Program-made: the position numbers and the translations under genes
Assembly: GCA_032718475.1 (NCBI GenBank)
Contig: JAUCBJ010005416.1
Span: 1-34,404, forward strand
Direction of reading: 5' to 3'
From: Nemertoderma westbladi
Lineage: Eukaryota > Animalia > Xenacoelomorpha
DNA length: 34,404 nt
Shown: piece by piece, positions 10,430 to 22,015 of the stretch
Layout: each line of letters starts with the position of its first letter
Position numbering within the stretch: the stretch's first letter is position 1
Notes under the pieces: generated by a model
What the model was told of the DNA's origin: nothing
What the model saw: only the letters and a program-made list of their open reading frames with translations
Database searches by the model: none

Positions 10430-10810
10430 CTATTTCCGCCGACGCCTCCACATATAAGGCATAGTAATGTTGGATCGTCCGATATGAGAATCAACCGGAC
10501 AACCAAATGTTCTAGAGAATTCGTCGATATTAGCCAATGAGCCGAGGGCTCTGTACTGGGCCATTGTATGGACGCTGTTGATATTACTGAATACGGCATA
10601 TTGGTCATCAATCTCCGAGCACATGAGTTGGGAGAAGGATAAGTAGAACATCTTCTCATTATTTGTGTTTAAATTTCCCGCCAGATTTAGACCCGGCAGC
10701 GGTAGTTCAGATTGGCCGGTTTCTTTGATGTACAGTTTGTAGGCCCGCATAGATAGTGTGATTCCGGCGATATCTGCTACATTCTCCATTGAGGTCTGAA
10801 TACCGTTCAA
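10430..10810 (-). CDS. M13 metallopeptidase terminal coding exon (ENxAD zinc ligand, stop codon)
   Basis: atttttag|TTG AAC GGT; LNGIQTSMENVADIAG...KMFYLSFSQLMC...VHTMAQYRALGSLANIDEFSRTFGCP...MWRRRRK*. The TTG is an exon start, not an initiation codon. Confidence 0.95.
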   Translation of the reverse strand: MNGIQTSMENVADIAGITLSMRAYKLYIKETGQSELPLPGLNLAGNLNTNNEKMFYLSFSQLMCSEIDDQYAVFSNINSVHTMAQYRALGSLANIDEFSRTFGCPVDSHIGRSNITMPYMWRRRRK

Positions 10811-11749
10811 CTAAAAATATAAAATAGATTATTGTAATGTAACTAATAATTTTGTTTCCATTCCAACAGGTTAAATTACTAAAGTTACAGTTCAACCTAT
10901 TGTAGTTACATCATGGTGAGGAGTGCAATCACTTGCCGCAACAATTGTTACTTATTCCTGCTATCTTCAGCTTCAGGCCAAGCCTAGGGCGAAGTAAATC
11001 ATGGTCTACAATATATATCCCGTTATCTGGCTGCAGGTGCAGAAGTTCTTCCACCAATTGCCATTCTAGGATTGGCTCCTGATGAGGCACCAGCCAGTAG
11101 CGATGCGGTACATGGTCTGCTGAAATTTGTGGCACTATTTTCAAAATATTTACTTACTTCACATGTGCTACTTTGGTTAGTTGGATATGATGACTAGGGT
11201 TAATGCAAATCTAACAAAATGTTTTTCAAGCAAAGTTACAAATTGGAGCGCCTTATTAATTCAAGGATACTGTTCTTGAGATTTGGTACGTGTTTAAAGG
11301 TAATAAAAGTCTATCAGAATATTTGAATTTAAAAATTTTTTCAATCCCGTTTCCATGGTGATGGGTTTTAGGTTGATTTTCCACTATGACCGCCAGCTAG
11401 AAATAGAGCTACTATTTAATATTTATATCAACTATTTATAGCAACTGACATGCCTGGGTGTTGTCCTTTGTTTCTAATAATTGTTAAACGAAATTGAATA
11501 TTCTGGAATTTAAAAATCATGCTTTCAAAGGTCTTGCCCATATAAATATGGCCCGTTTAAATATGATCACAATTGACGATTTATAAAACATAACGTTGGC
11601 AAATTTAACTTATTATTTAAACTGACATGCCGAATAAAATGCTGTTTTATACAATTGGTAGACAATTATTCAAATTCATTCGTCATTATACTTATTACCA
11701 TGGCAACGGGAATGTGAAAGAATTGAAATGTAAATTATTTTTATACACT

Positions 11750-11800
11750 TAAGCTGGTCCTCACGGAGAAAACAATGTCCCGCAAAGCGGAGGAAACAAT
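11750..11800 (-). mobile_element. Short RTE-like fragment
   Basis: LRFAGHCFLREDQ, same motif as 4835-4875. Confidence 0.65.
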
Positions 11801-14051
11801 CTAACAATATATGCGAAAATGTTCTGAGCAGCACTTTACTCCAAGTACAATAATGTGGTCCCAGGTGGTTCCCATACCGGGCTGCCGGGATCACCGGATC
11901 TGGCGACTGGTCTCTCATCTTAGCCTCGTGCTGCGCGAAAGCCTTGTCGTCAGGGTTTTTTTTTTCAAAATGTCCGCTGTGAAAAGTTTCTAAACGGCGA
12001 GGAAAAATTTAGAAAAAGTAGGCCATTCATTACTTCCTGCATTACTTCCTGCATTGCTTTGATTTCTACTTTATTCAACCAAACGGTGTTGTACTGGTAA
12101 GTCGTATGTCGTATATGTCATAAGTCAAAATAAATTATGGAACACATTGGTTTCAATTCAATGGGAGCGCTTCCATGGGTATGTCATAAGTCGTTTGTTA
12201 CGACTCATGAGTCGAAAGTGATTATTTCCCATGTTCCATCTTTTGACATACGACTCATGAGTTATATCCGGTAAGAGGCCTGTGATTGGTGACTTTGGGT
12301 AGCAGCAAGCCAGAAAATATTGTACAGCAATTTATGGTGTTCCATTAATTCTTAGGCGCATCTTATATTTTTTAAGAAAATTAAATTAAGTAAAATAAAT
12401 TTGGTAAATTAATGCCATTTTTATTGGGAAGGAATATTCCACATGATTTGGGTGTTGTGACAGTAAAATAAGTATAAAATTTATAAGACTGTAAATTATG
12501 GGAATGTCAGTGAAACACTCTTAGACTGTAACACAGTCGGTGTCGATCTACCTAGAAATAAACAATACCAGAGAAGTGTGGGAGTTTATTTGATATTATA
12601 GAAGTTGGTACAAATGAAGCTGATGGAGATGAATCAGATTTAGAGGATCAGTATTAGATTCTAGTGAACGAACAAGGAACAAACAACATTACATAATAAA
12701 TTAAAATAGTTAATCTTAAATTTTGATTTACAGGTGTTTTTTTTATTTCAAACGCTGTAGTAAAGTTTATATTTTTCAATTCGTTGTTTGCAATATTTAA
12801 TTTTAGAAATATTTCTAAACAAGTTTAAAAAATTTAGAAATCACTATTTTTATTTATAAATTTCACTAACACAAAAAAAACAAAAAAAAAACCCTGCTTG
12901 GTGTTCTATCACACGCAACCTTTGAAACCTGTAACCTCGTATATATAAGGTATTCACAGATTATTATACTTTTAGACACCTCACGCACTTTCTGACGTTT
13001 AAGTGAACTTGAGTTAAGCAGTGTGGAGAGAGTCAAAACTGCGAGCCATCAGCGAACTGTTATAATCATACTATGGCCGTTTTCCAAAAGTCTGTGTATG
13101 TGTGTGATGTGTGTGTCAGTGTGTCGGGAGCCAATAATTAACTGCCCTTTCCTTGAACATAGAGTCCCAGTAGCCAATAACCGCTGAGTATTTCTAGCTT
13201 TACTTGCCAGCTTGCTTGATGTTGCTCAGCGACTGTGAGCGGTTGTTCGAGGAATTGAACTAGCCATAGTATAATTATAATTATTCGCGAAGATGGTTTG
13301 CAGCTTTTGCTGCACAAAGGCCCCACTCGTGTTTTTCTTTATACCCCACAAAGCAGTCTGTTTTTTATCCGGTCGGGGGATCCTGACCGGATAAGTAAAC
13401 TACGCGTCACCGTTTGCTTGGGGATAATGTTGGTAGCTAGGCCGAGGCCGTTGTAGTAAAATGATAAGAGTTTGTTGTTGTCTCTTGATACTTGAATGTC
13501 AATTAATAATAGCACAATAAAGAGTCTGAGTAACAGGTTTTGATGGATACCGGTATGATTGATAATATGTTGGTGACGGTGAAGAACATTACCGGTCTGC
13601 ACTAAAACTAATAACTGGGTAACTGAACAGTATACCAATATGTATTGATAATATATATGTGATCACTTCTACACTACTGTGGCCTCTTACCCAGTGGATG
13701 CCCTCCTTCGCCCCTATTGGCTAATAACCTAGTTCACGCCTTTCACTCTCTGGGAGTGTCCCCCCCCCCCCCTGTTACTGGCCCCTGCTGGTTGTCTCCC
13801 CTTCCGAGGTGGTTTGACCTCTAACCTCCCTTTGTGTGGCTTTGGGGTTGTACTGTCCCTGATATCGGTTGTGATACGAGATTAGTTACTGCTAATCTCG
13901 TATCTCCAATACATTGCTGAAAATGCCACTTCGCATTTTATGAGGGTAATGCGGCGGAATTGAATCCGCTTACAATAAATAGTTGTTCTTACAGTTGCCC
14001 ATACCATATAGTTGTCCTTACAGTTTCCGATGTCGTTAGGTTTGCCCTTAC

Positions 14052-14188
14052 CCTTATTGTTGTCCAGTCTACATCGTGTTTGTAACTTCCGTAATGGTCA
14101 GCCAGCAGCATCTGTAAGGTTTTGTATTTGTTTGCGGATTCTGACGACCAGGGGTGGGTTTTCTTACCATTGGCGTCCAACTCATAGG
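14052..14188 (-). CDS. M13 metallopeptidase exon
   Basis: tttttag|CC TAT...ATA AGG|gtaagg; 137 nt. Translates (S)YELDANGKKTHPWSSESANKYKTLQMLLADHYGSYKHDVDWTTIR, matching 'YD..GN...WW...S...F......QY..Y'. Confidence 0.9.
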
Positions 14189-14419
14189 CTAAAAAAAATC
14201 AAGGCCGTCAACTAATTAATTATTACCTAGGTAATAATATCGAGTCACCAATCTAGAAGGGAGTATTTTAAAATCCGCAATCCCAATTTTAATATGTTTT
14301 ATTCAATAAAATTTTATTTTTTTAACCTTTGTTTCGTACAAAGATTTGAATAGAAGTGAAATATAGGAAAATTATTTTCCCTCTAAACGCTTGACATTTA
14401 TGTTAAAATTGTTCAAGAG

Positions 14420-16589
14420 AGTCCCAAAGAGCGTTTTAGGTCCCAAAGAGCATTAGGTCCCAAAGAGCATTAGGTCCCAAAGAGCGTTAGGTCCCAAAGA
14501 GCATTAGGTCCCAAAGAGCGTTAGGTCCCAAAGAGCGTTTTAGGTCCCAAAGAGCGTTAGATCCCAAAGAGCATTAGGTCGCAAAGAGCGTTAGGTCTCA
14601 AAGAGCGTTAGGTCCCAAAGAGCATTAGGTCGCAAAGAGCGTTAGGTCTCAAAGAGCGTTTTAGGTCTCAAAGAGCGTTTTAGGTCCCAAAGAGCATTTT
14701 AGGTCCCAAAGAGCGTTTTAGGTCCCAAAGAGCGTTAGATCCCAAAGCGCGTTTTAGGTCTCAAAGAGCATTAGGTCCCAAAGAGCGTTAGTTCCCAAAG
14801 AGCATTAGGTCGCAAAGAGCGTTAGGTCTCAAAGAGCGTTTTAGGTCCCAAAGAGCGTTTTAGGTCCCAAAGAGCGTTTTAGGTCCCAAAGAGCGTTAGG
14901 TCCCAAAGAGCATTTTAGGTCCCAAAGAGCGTTTTAGGTCCCAAAGCGCGTTTTAGGTCCCAAAGAGCGTTAGATCCCAAAGCGCGTTTTAGGTCTCAAA
15001 GAGCATTAGGTCCCAAAGAGCGTTAGTTCCCAAAGAGCATTAGGTCGCAAAGAGCGTTAGGTCCCAAAGAGCGTTTTAGGTCCCAAAGAGCGTTTTAGGT
15101 CCCAAAGAGCGTTTTAGGTCCCAAAGAGCGTTAGATCCCAAAGCGCGTTTTAGGTCTCAAAGAGCATTAGGTCCCAAAGAGCGTTAGGTCCCAAAGAGCA
15201 TTAGGTCGCAAAGAGCGTTAGGTCTCAAAGAGCGTTTTAGGTCCCAAAGAGCGTTTTAGGTCTCAAGGAGCATTTTAGGTCCCAAAGAGCGTTAGGTCCC
15301 AAAGAGCATTTTAGGTCCCAAAGAGCGTTTTAGGTCCCAAAGAGCGTTTTAGGTCCCAAAGAGCGTTAGATCCCAAAGAGCGTTAGGTCTCAAAGAGCGT
15401 TTTAGGTCCCAAAGAGCGTTTTAGGTCTCAAGGAGCATTTTAGGTCCCAAAGAGCGTTAGGTCCCAAAGAGCATTTTAGGTCCCAAAGAGCGTTTTAGGT
15501 CCCAAAGAGCGTTTTAGGTCCCAAAGAGCGTTAGATCCCAAAGCGCGTTTTAGGTCTCAAAGAGCATTAGGTCCCAAAGAGCGTTAGGTCCCAAAGAGCA
15601 TTAGGTCGCAAAGAGCGTTAGGTCTCAAAGAGCGTTTTAGGTCCCAAAGAGCGTTTTAGGTCCCAAAGAGCGTTTTAGGTCCCAAAGAGCGTTAGATCCC
15701 AAAGCGCGTTTTAGGTCTCAAAGAGCATTAGGTCCCAAAGAGCGTTAGGTCCCAAAGAGCATTAGGTCGCAAAGAGCGTTAGGTCTCAAAGAGCGTTTTA
15801 GGTCCCAAAGAGCGTTTTAGGTCCCAAAGAGCGTTTTAGGTCCCAAAGAGCGTTAGGTCCCAAAGAGCATTTTAGGTCCCAAAGAGCGTTTTAGGTCCCA
15901 AAGCGCGTTTTAGGTCCCAAAGAGCGTTAGATCCCAAAGCGCGTTTTAGGTCTCAAAGAGCATTAGGTCCCAAAGAGCGTTAGTTCCCAAAGAGCATTAG
16001 GTCGCAAAGAGCGTTAGGTCTCAAAGAGCGTTTTAGGTCCCAAAGAGCGTTTTAGGTCCCAAAGAGCGTTTTAGGTCCCAAAGAGCATTAGATCCCAAAG
16101 CGCGTTTTAGGTCTCAAAGAGCATTAGGTCCCAAAGAGCGTTAGGTCCCAAAGAGCATTAGGTCGCAAAGAGCGTTAGGTCTCAAAGAGCATTTTAGGTC
16201 CCAAAGAGCGTTTTAGGTCTCAAGGAGCATTTTAGGTCCCAAAGAGCGTTAGGTCCCAAAGAGCATTTTAGGTCCCAAAGAGCGTTTTAGGTCCCAAAGA
16301 GCGTTTTAGGTCCCAAAGAGCGTTAGATCCCAAAGCGCGTTTTAGGTCTCAAAGAGCATTAGGTCCCAAAGAGCGTTAGGTCCCAAAGAGCATTAGGTCG
16401 CAAAGAGCGTTAGGTCTCAAAGAGCGTTTTAGGTCCCAAAGAGCGTTTTAGGTCCCAAAGAGCGTTTTAGGTCCCAAAGAGCGTTAGATCCTAAAGCGCG
16501 TTTTAGGTCTCAAAGAGCATTAGGTCCCAAAGAGCGTTTTAGGTCCCAAAGAGCGTTTTAGGTCCCAAAGAGCGTTTTAGGTCCCAAAG
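14420..16589. repeat. 17/19-bp satellite, left block (homogeneous, with higher-order repeat)
   Basis: Unit aggtcccaaagagc(g/a)tt(tt), about 120 copies; intronic. Confidence 0.98.
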
Positions 16590-17841
16590 TGTACGCGCTT
16601 TTGAAGACCTTTAGCAGTTTAACCTGCCAAAATTTATATGTCTTTTGGTTTATAAATAGACTTTAGAAGTTGACAAATATTTAATACCAATAAACACAAC
16701 ATTAGCAGAAGCCAGCCTAGTGCGCGTCCATTCACCCGCTGGATATACCCGGGAGACTGGATTCTGAGGGCTTAGATTATTATTGCAGTGAAGCCTACTG
16801 TATTATTCGATTGATCGTTAATAAATAATTTCTGACTAATATTATTCACTTTCGGGAAATATTAACAGTTCCTTTAGGACGTGGCGCTCTATCTAAGTAA
16901 ACAGAGATATGACTTATACTAATCACAACGGTAAGTCGGTAAGGCTTATGATTCACGTATGAGGCGCATTCTTTAGGAAATGCTTAGTTATCAGTCACAA
17001 TCATGCACACTACCGGTAACGCACAATACTGCTCACTAATTTGCCGACCGTCAATGAATTTTATCATATATAAAGAGAATAGCAACGGACTCATGTAGTG
17101 CTTATCAAATAGCATTAAATTCACTACAAACCACAATAATATAAGTCGCAATCGCTATATATAACCCGTCTCTCTAACCTGTAGTGTATCAAGAAAATTG
17201 GGAAATTTGGGTTCTTTATAAATGTTCTCCAAATAATATTCAATCAACTGACATAAAATATGACAACAGTAAAAACATTAAGACGGTAGGTTAAGATAAG
17301 ATATGAACCGATATGTACAGTGATATGCACTGATAACAGCTATACGCTCTATAATTTAAGCCTACTAATGTTTCTTCTAAAGTATGAAACGAATTGACTC
17401 TAGAGCCGGTGTTCCTGGCCTAGATAGCAACAACAACAAAATATCACAAAAAACAGTAAGACTGAACACTCCTAGTATGATCGGCCGAATATCTACACGT
17501 CGACAGAAAAAATCGCTCTGATTGGCTCAAGCCAAACAAAGAACCATGCGTCCAAGGGCTGTTTCCATGCCAGCAACCAGCTGCTAGATGTCGCAATCTG
17601 AATCATCAAGGCCAAGCCGTGTAAAGGTATTTGGTGCATTGCGGGTTTTTTGCCTTACCATGTCCGCCAAAGCACGTATATAGAAGAATGACTTTTATGT
17701 CCGTTAAAACACCTATAACGGTACCTTGCGGGCGAGGGGAATATATATACAGTTAGAGAACCTTTTAGAGTATTCCAGCGCCTGGGGGGAAACTGGATTG
17801 CGAAGCAAAGGGGCCAGTTATATCCCACAGAATCTTTTACA
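16590..17841. mobile_element. Solo-LTR-like insertion (1252 bp) with 5-bp TSD CAAAG
   Basis: cccaaag|TGTA...TACA|caaagagcg. Removing the element and one TSD restores a perfect satellite unit. No long TIR and no meaningful ORF. CCAAT- and TATA-like motifs near 17520-17750. Confidence 0.8.
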
Positions 17842-18873
17842 CAAAGAGCGTTAGATCCCAAAGCGCGTTTTAGGTCTCAAAGAGCATTAGGTCTCAAAGA
17901 GCGTTAGGTCCCAAAGAGCATTTTAGGTCCCAAAGAGCGTTTTAGGTCCCAAAGAGCGTTTTAGGTCCCAAAAAGCGTTAGATCCCAAAGCGCGTTTTAG
18001 GTCTCAAAGAGCATTAGGTCCCAAAGAGCGTTAGGTCCCAAAGAGCATTAGGTCGCAAAGAGCGTTAGGTCTCAAAGAGCGTTAGGTCCCAAAGAGAGTT
18101 AGGTCCCAAAGAGCGTTAGGTTCCAAAGAGCGTTAGGTCCCAAAGAGTGTTTTAGGTCCCAAAGAGCATTTTAGGTCCCAAAGAGCATTTTAGGCTCCAA
18201 AGAGCGTTAGGTCCCAAAGAGCATTAGGTCCCAAAGAACGTTTTAGGTCCCAAAGAGCATTTTAGGTACCAAAGAGCGTTAGATCTCAAAGAGCATTAGG
18301 TCCCAAAGAGTGTTTTAGGTCCCAAAGAGCGTTAGGTCCCAAAGAGCGTTATGTCCCAAAGATCATTAGGTTCCAAAGAGCGTTAGGTCCCAAAGAGTGT
18401 TTTAGGTCCCAAAGAGCATTTCAGGTTCCAAAGAGCATTTGAGGTCCCAAAGAGCATTTGGTCCCAAAGAGCATTTTAGGTCCCAAAGAGTGTTAGGTTC
18501 CAAAGAGCGTTAGGCTCCAAAGAGCGTTAGGTCCCAAAGAGCGTTAGGTCCCAAAGAGCGTTAGGTCCCAAAGAGCATTTTAGGTCCCAAAGACTGTTAG
18601 GTCCAAAAGAGTGTTTTAGGTTGCAAAGCGCATTTTAGGTTCCAAAGAGCGTTAGGTCTCAAAGAGCGTTAGGTCCCAAAGAGCGTTAGGTTCCAAAGAG
18701 CGTTAGGTCCGAAAGTGCGTTTTAGGTCCCAAAGAGCGTTAGATCCCAAAGAGTGTTTTAGGTCTCAAGGAGCATTTTAGGTCCCAAAGAGCGTTAGGTC
18801 CCAAAAAAGTGTTAGGTCCGAAAGAGAGTTTTAGGTCCCAAAGAACATTAGGTCCCAAAGAGTGTTAGGTCCC
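17842..18873. repeat. 17/19-bp satellite, right block (more degenerate)
   Basis: Same unit with increasing point variants toward 18873. Confidence 0.97.
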
Positions 18874-19305
18874 ATTGCCATTTTCAGGAGCAGGTTAGTA
18901 ATGGAACAGGTTACAGAGGAGTGTTGGGGGAACCAAAACAATAAATGAAAGTTAACACATGTGTTTTGTAGAGGTCTTTAGTCTTTGGTTGTTTGTTTTG
19001 TACTCAGCCATGTATGACCAGAGGACCACCACCATTCCTCTCAAAAGCCAACTAACCAACCGTAGAAAAATATTTCATAAAGGCTGAATAAGTTCTACGA
19101 GAGCCATATGGTCAAAAAATGTTGCCGGGTGGTGCGTGGTTACTGAGATGTACATTGGTTGTTAAGTGACATGAACATATTTACTATAGGCCTACTACAT
19201 CATATTACTCATTATATAAGGGGTATGTTATGAATACAGTTCAACATTAATTTGTAATCCTGTCACTCGAATGTGATTGACGTCACACGCTTGTTTATGA
19301 CTCAC

Positions 19306-19496
19306 AAAAGAAGTCGAAACTATGTGCGATCTCATGACCCAGAACGTTGCCTATCTTTCCAAATGCGGAATACCATTGGTCGTCAGCAAGAAGAATTGGA
19401 TCCCATAGCATCGCCATAGTAATGGCAATCTGATTGGTTGCTGGGTGATAATGGGCGTTGGTTAACAATGGAGAAATTTGTGGAATTCCAAGGAAC
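19306..19496 (-). CDS. M13 metallopeptidase exon (NAxY and HExxH motifs)
   Basis: atcag|G TTC...TTT T|gtgagt; 191 nt. Translates (M)FLGIPQISPLLTNAHYHPATNQIAITMAMLWDPILLADDQWYSAFGKIGNVLGHEIAHSFDFF, with TNAHY corresponding to VNAFY and GHEIAHSFD to GHEITHGFD. Confidence 0.95.
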
Positions 19497-20367
19497 CTGA
19501 TAATAGGACCAATAAAAATACTATAAATTATTATCAAAAGGTGATTTGTATTAATTGATTGCCGGTTCCTACATAATAATTGTACTTAAAATTTATCAAT
19601 ATTTTGAGCTTTATAGTATTACTGTATATACAAAATAATCACCGATCAGATAATTAAATGATTTTTTTCGAGTATTCACAGAAACAAATCTCTTAAAAAC
19701 TGGACAACTCTCTCTCCTGTATCACTTGGTGTTTTTGCTATGAGGACTTTGTGAGGTGCTTGATTAGGATCTGGCCCTTTCCGCCAGGCATTTAAATAAA
19801 TCAGAATATTAAATTTAAACAAGAAAAAAATATAAATATTATATCATAACACAATATATGTAACTAATTATTAATTCTATAATTAAGAAAAAAACTAATT
19901 TTACAGGTCAAATGAGAACTAAAAATGGTTTGAATTATATGGTATATGACGCGATATCATTGTACCAGTAATATTTATTAAGGAACCAGACGGCACGGGT
20001 GATTCTTCTAAATAGTGCCCAAATTGTGTCCAAGATTTCAAAGTTCAATTTATTGTGTTTACGACGCTGCAATATTACAAATCTATATACCATTTTATAT
20101 ATACACCATTTATTGGCACCTCAATATTGAAATAGTGAATATGATTGAATATTGATATTATAATCCCACTAGGTTTGAAAGGAAAGCGTTTTTACTCGTT
20201 TATTTTCTTCTAATAATTTTATCGATAATTTAGACATATTTTCAATATTTTTTACTATATATGGGTGATACTCTTAAAAAGTGCCCAATTTTTGTACAAG
20301 TTTTCAAAGATAATTTTCTTGAGTTAACGAAACCGCAATATTACAAAACTATCTATATACCATTTAA

Positions 20368-22015
20368 CCCTTTCACTACTGATTCAAGATTGTATGTGTT
20401 CCCCACAGACTGATGTCTGTCGGTCTTTCTGTCAGTTTGTCTGCCAAGACTTAAGAAAGAATTAAATCTACTAACATTCTCGCTTTGGGGGTTTTAAGGG
20501 TTGGTGATTTCATTTCTGATGTCAGTTTTTAGGACTGACCAACTCTAGGCTGTCTGTGTCTGTATGTATGTCTGTTTGTCTGTCAGTCTGTCTGTCAAAA
20601 AATAAGGAAGCATATTATGTAATAAAAACATTCGCTATGGGGTTTTCTAGGTCTCTGATTTCATTTCTGATGTCCTTATTTACGACTGACCAACTCTAGG
20701 CTGACTGTGTGTGTATGTATGTCTGTTTGTCTGTCAGTCTGTTTGTCAAAAAATAAGGAAGCATCTTATGTAATAAAAACATTCGCTATGGGGGTTTTCT
20801 AGGTCTCTGATTTCATTTCTGATGTCAGTTTTTACGACTGACCAAATCTAGACTGTCTGTGTCTGTATGTATGTCTGTTTGTCTCTCAGTCTGTCTGTCA
20901 AAAAATAAGGAAGCATATTATGTAATAAAAACATTCGCTATGGGGGTTTTCTAGGTCTCTGATTTCATTTCTGATATCACTTTTTAAGACTGACAAACTC
21001 TAGGCTGTCTGTGTCTGTATGTATGTCTGTTTGTCTGTCAGTCTGTTTGTCAAAAAATAAGGAAGCATATTATGTAATAAAAAAAACATTCGCTATGGGG
21101 GTTTTCTAGGTCTCTGATTTCATTTCTGATGTCGGTTTTTACGACTGACCAACTCTAGGCTGTCTGTGTCTGTCTGTTTGTCTGTCACACAATGTGTCGT
21201 GAGTCGAGCCAGGCGTGAAAACTGACATCAGAAATGAAATCAGAGACCTGGAAAACCCCCACGGCGAATGTTTTTATTGCATAATATGCTTCCTTATTTT
21301 TTGACAAACAGACATACATACAGACACAGACAGCCTAGAGTTGGTCAGTCGTAAAAACTGACATCAGAAATGAAATCAGAGACCTGGAAAACCCCCATGG
21401 CGAATGTTTTTATTACATAATATGCTTCCTTATTTTTTGACAGACAGACAAACAGACATACATACAGACACAGACAGCCTAGAGTTGGTCAGTCGTAAAA
21501 ACTGACATCAGAAATGAAATCAGAGACCTGGAAAACCCCCATGGCGAATGTTTTCATTACATAATATGCTTCCGTATTTTTTGACAGACAGACTGACAGA
21601 CATACAGACATACATACAGACACAGACAGCCTAGAGTTGGTCAGTCGTAAAAACTGACATCAGAAATGAGATCAGCTACCTGGAAAACCCCCATGGCGAA
21701 TGTTTTTATTACATAATATGCTTCCTTATTTTTTGACAGACAGACTGACAGACATTTTATTACCAGTACCAGCAGGCCTTTATATTCCATTATACTTACT
21801 GCCCTACAGCCTTACCAAAAACCAAAACAACCAATTAAAATTTGAAATTACCACTTAATTTTGTTATGAGGAAGAGTACTGAACATGTAATGGGTGTGTC
21901 AGCTATCAGACTGACATGTTTAGGTGGCCATAGAGCTCCTAGTACTTCGTGGCATAACACCTAGGCCATAGTCCAGTAGGTGTGACCTAACTGTTATGCC
22001 ATAGTAGTGAAAGGG
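20368..22015. mobile_element. piggyBac-like non-autonomous element with internal foldback array
   Basis: TTAA|CCCTTTCACTACT ... AGTAGTGAAAGGG|TTTTAA: 13-bp TIR with CCC/GGG ends; right TSD imperfect. Confidence 0.7.
20473..21755. repeat. About 152-bp units: about 5 forward then about 3.5 inverted (large palindrome)
   Basis: cattcgc anchors at 20629, 20780, 20932 and 21087. Reverse-complement units (aaaactgacatcagaaatgaaatcagagacc...) begin at 21218 after a spacer of about 30 nt. Confidence 0.93.

Noticed and set aside
13217-13912. Solo LTR with TTGCT TSD
   Set aside because: TG..CA plus a 5-bp match could be chance, and there is no second copy to confirm the boundaries.
14420-18873. CRISPR-like appearance of short-unit arrays (also 3278-4287, 8181-8668, 31378-31853)
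   Set aside because: Units are head to tail with no unique spacers, there are no cas genes, and the context is an intron-containing eukaryotic locus.
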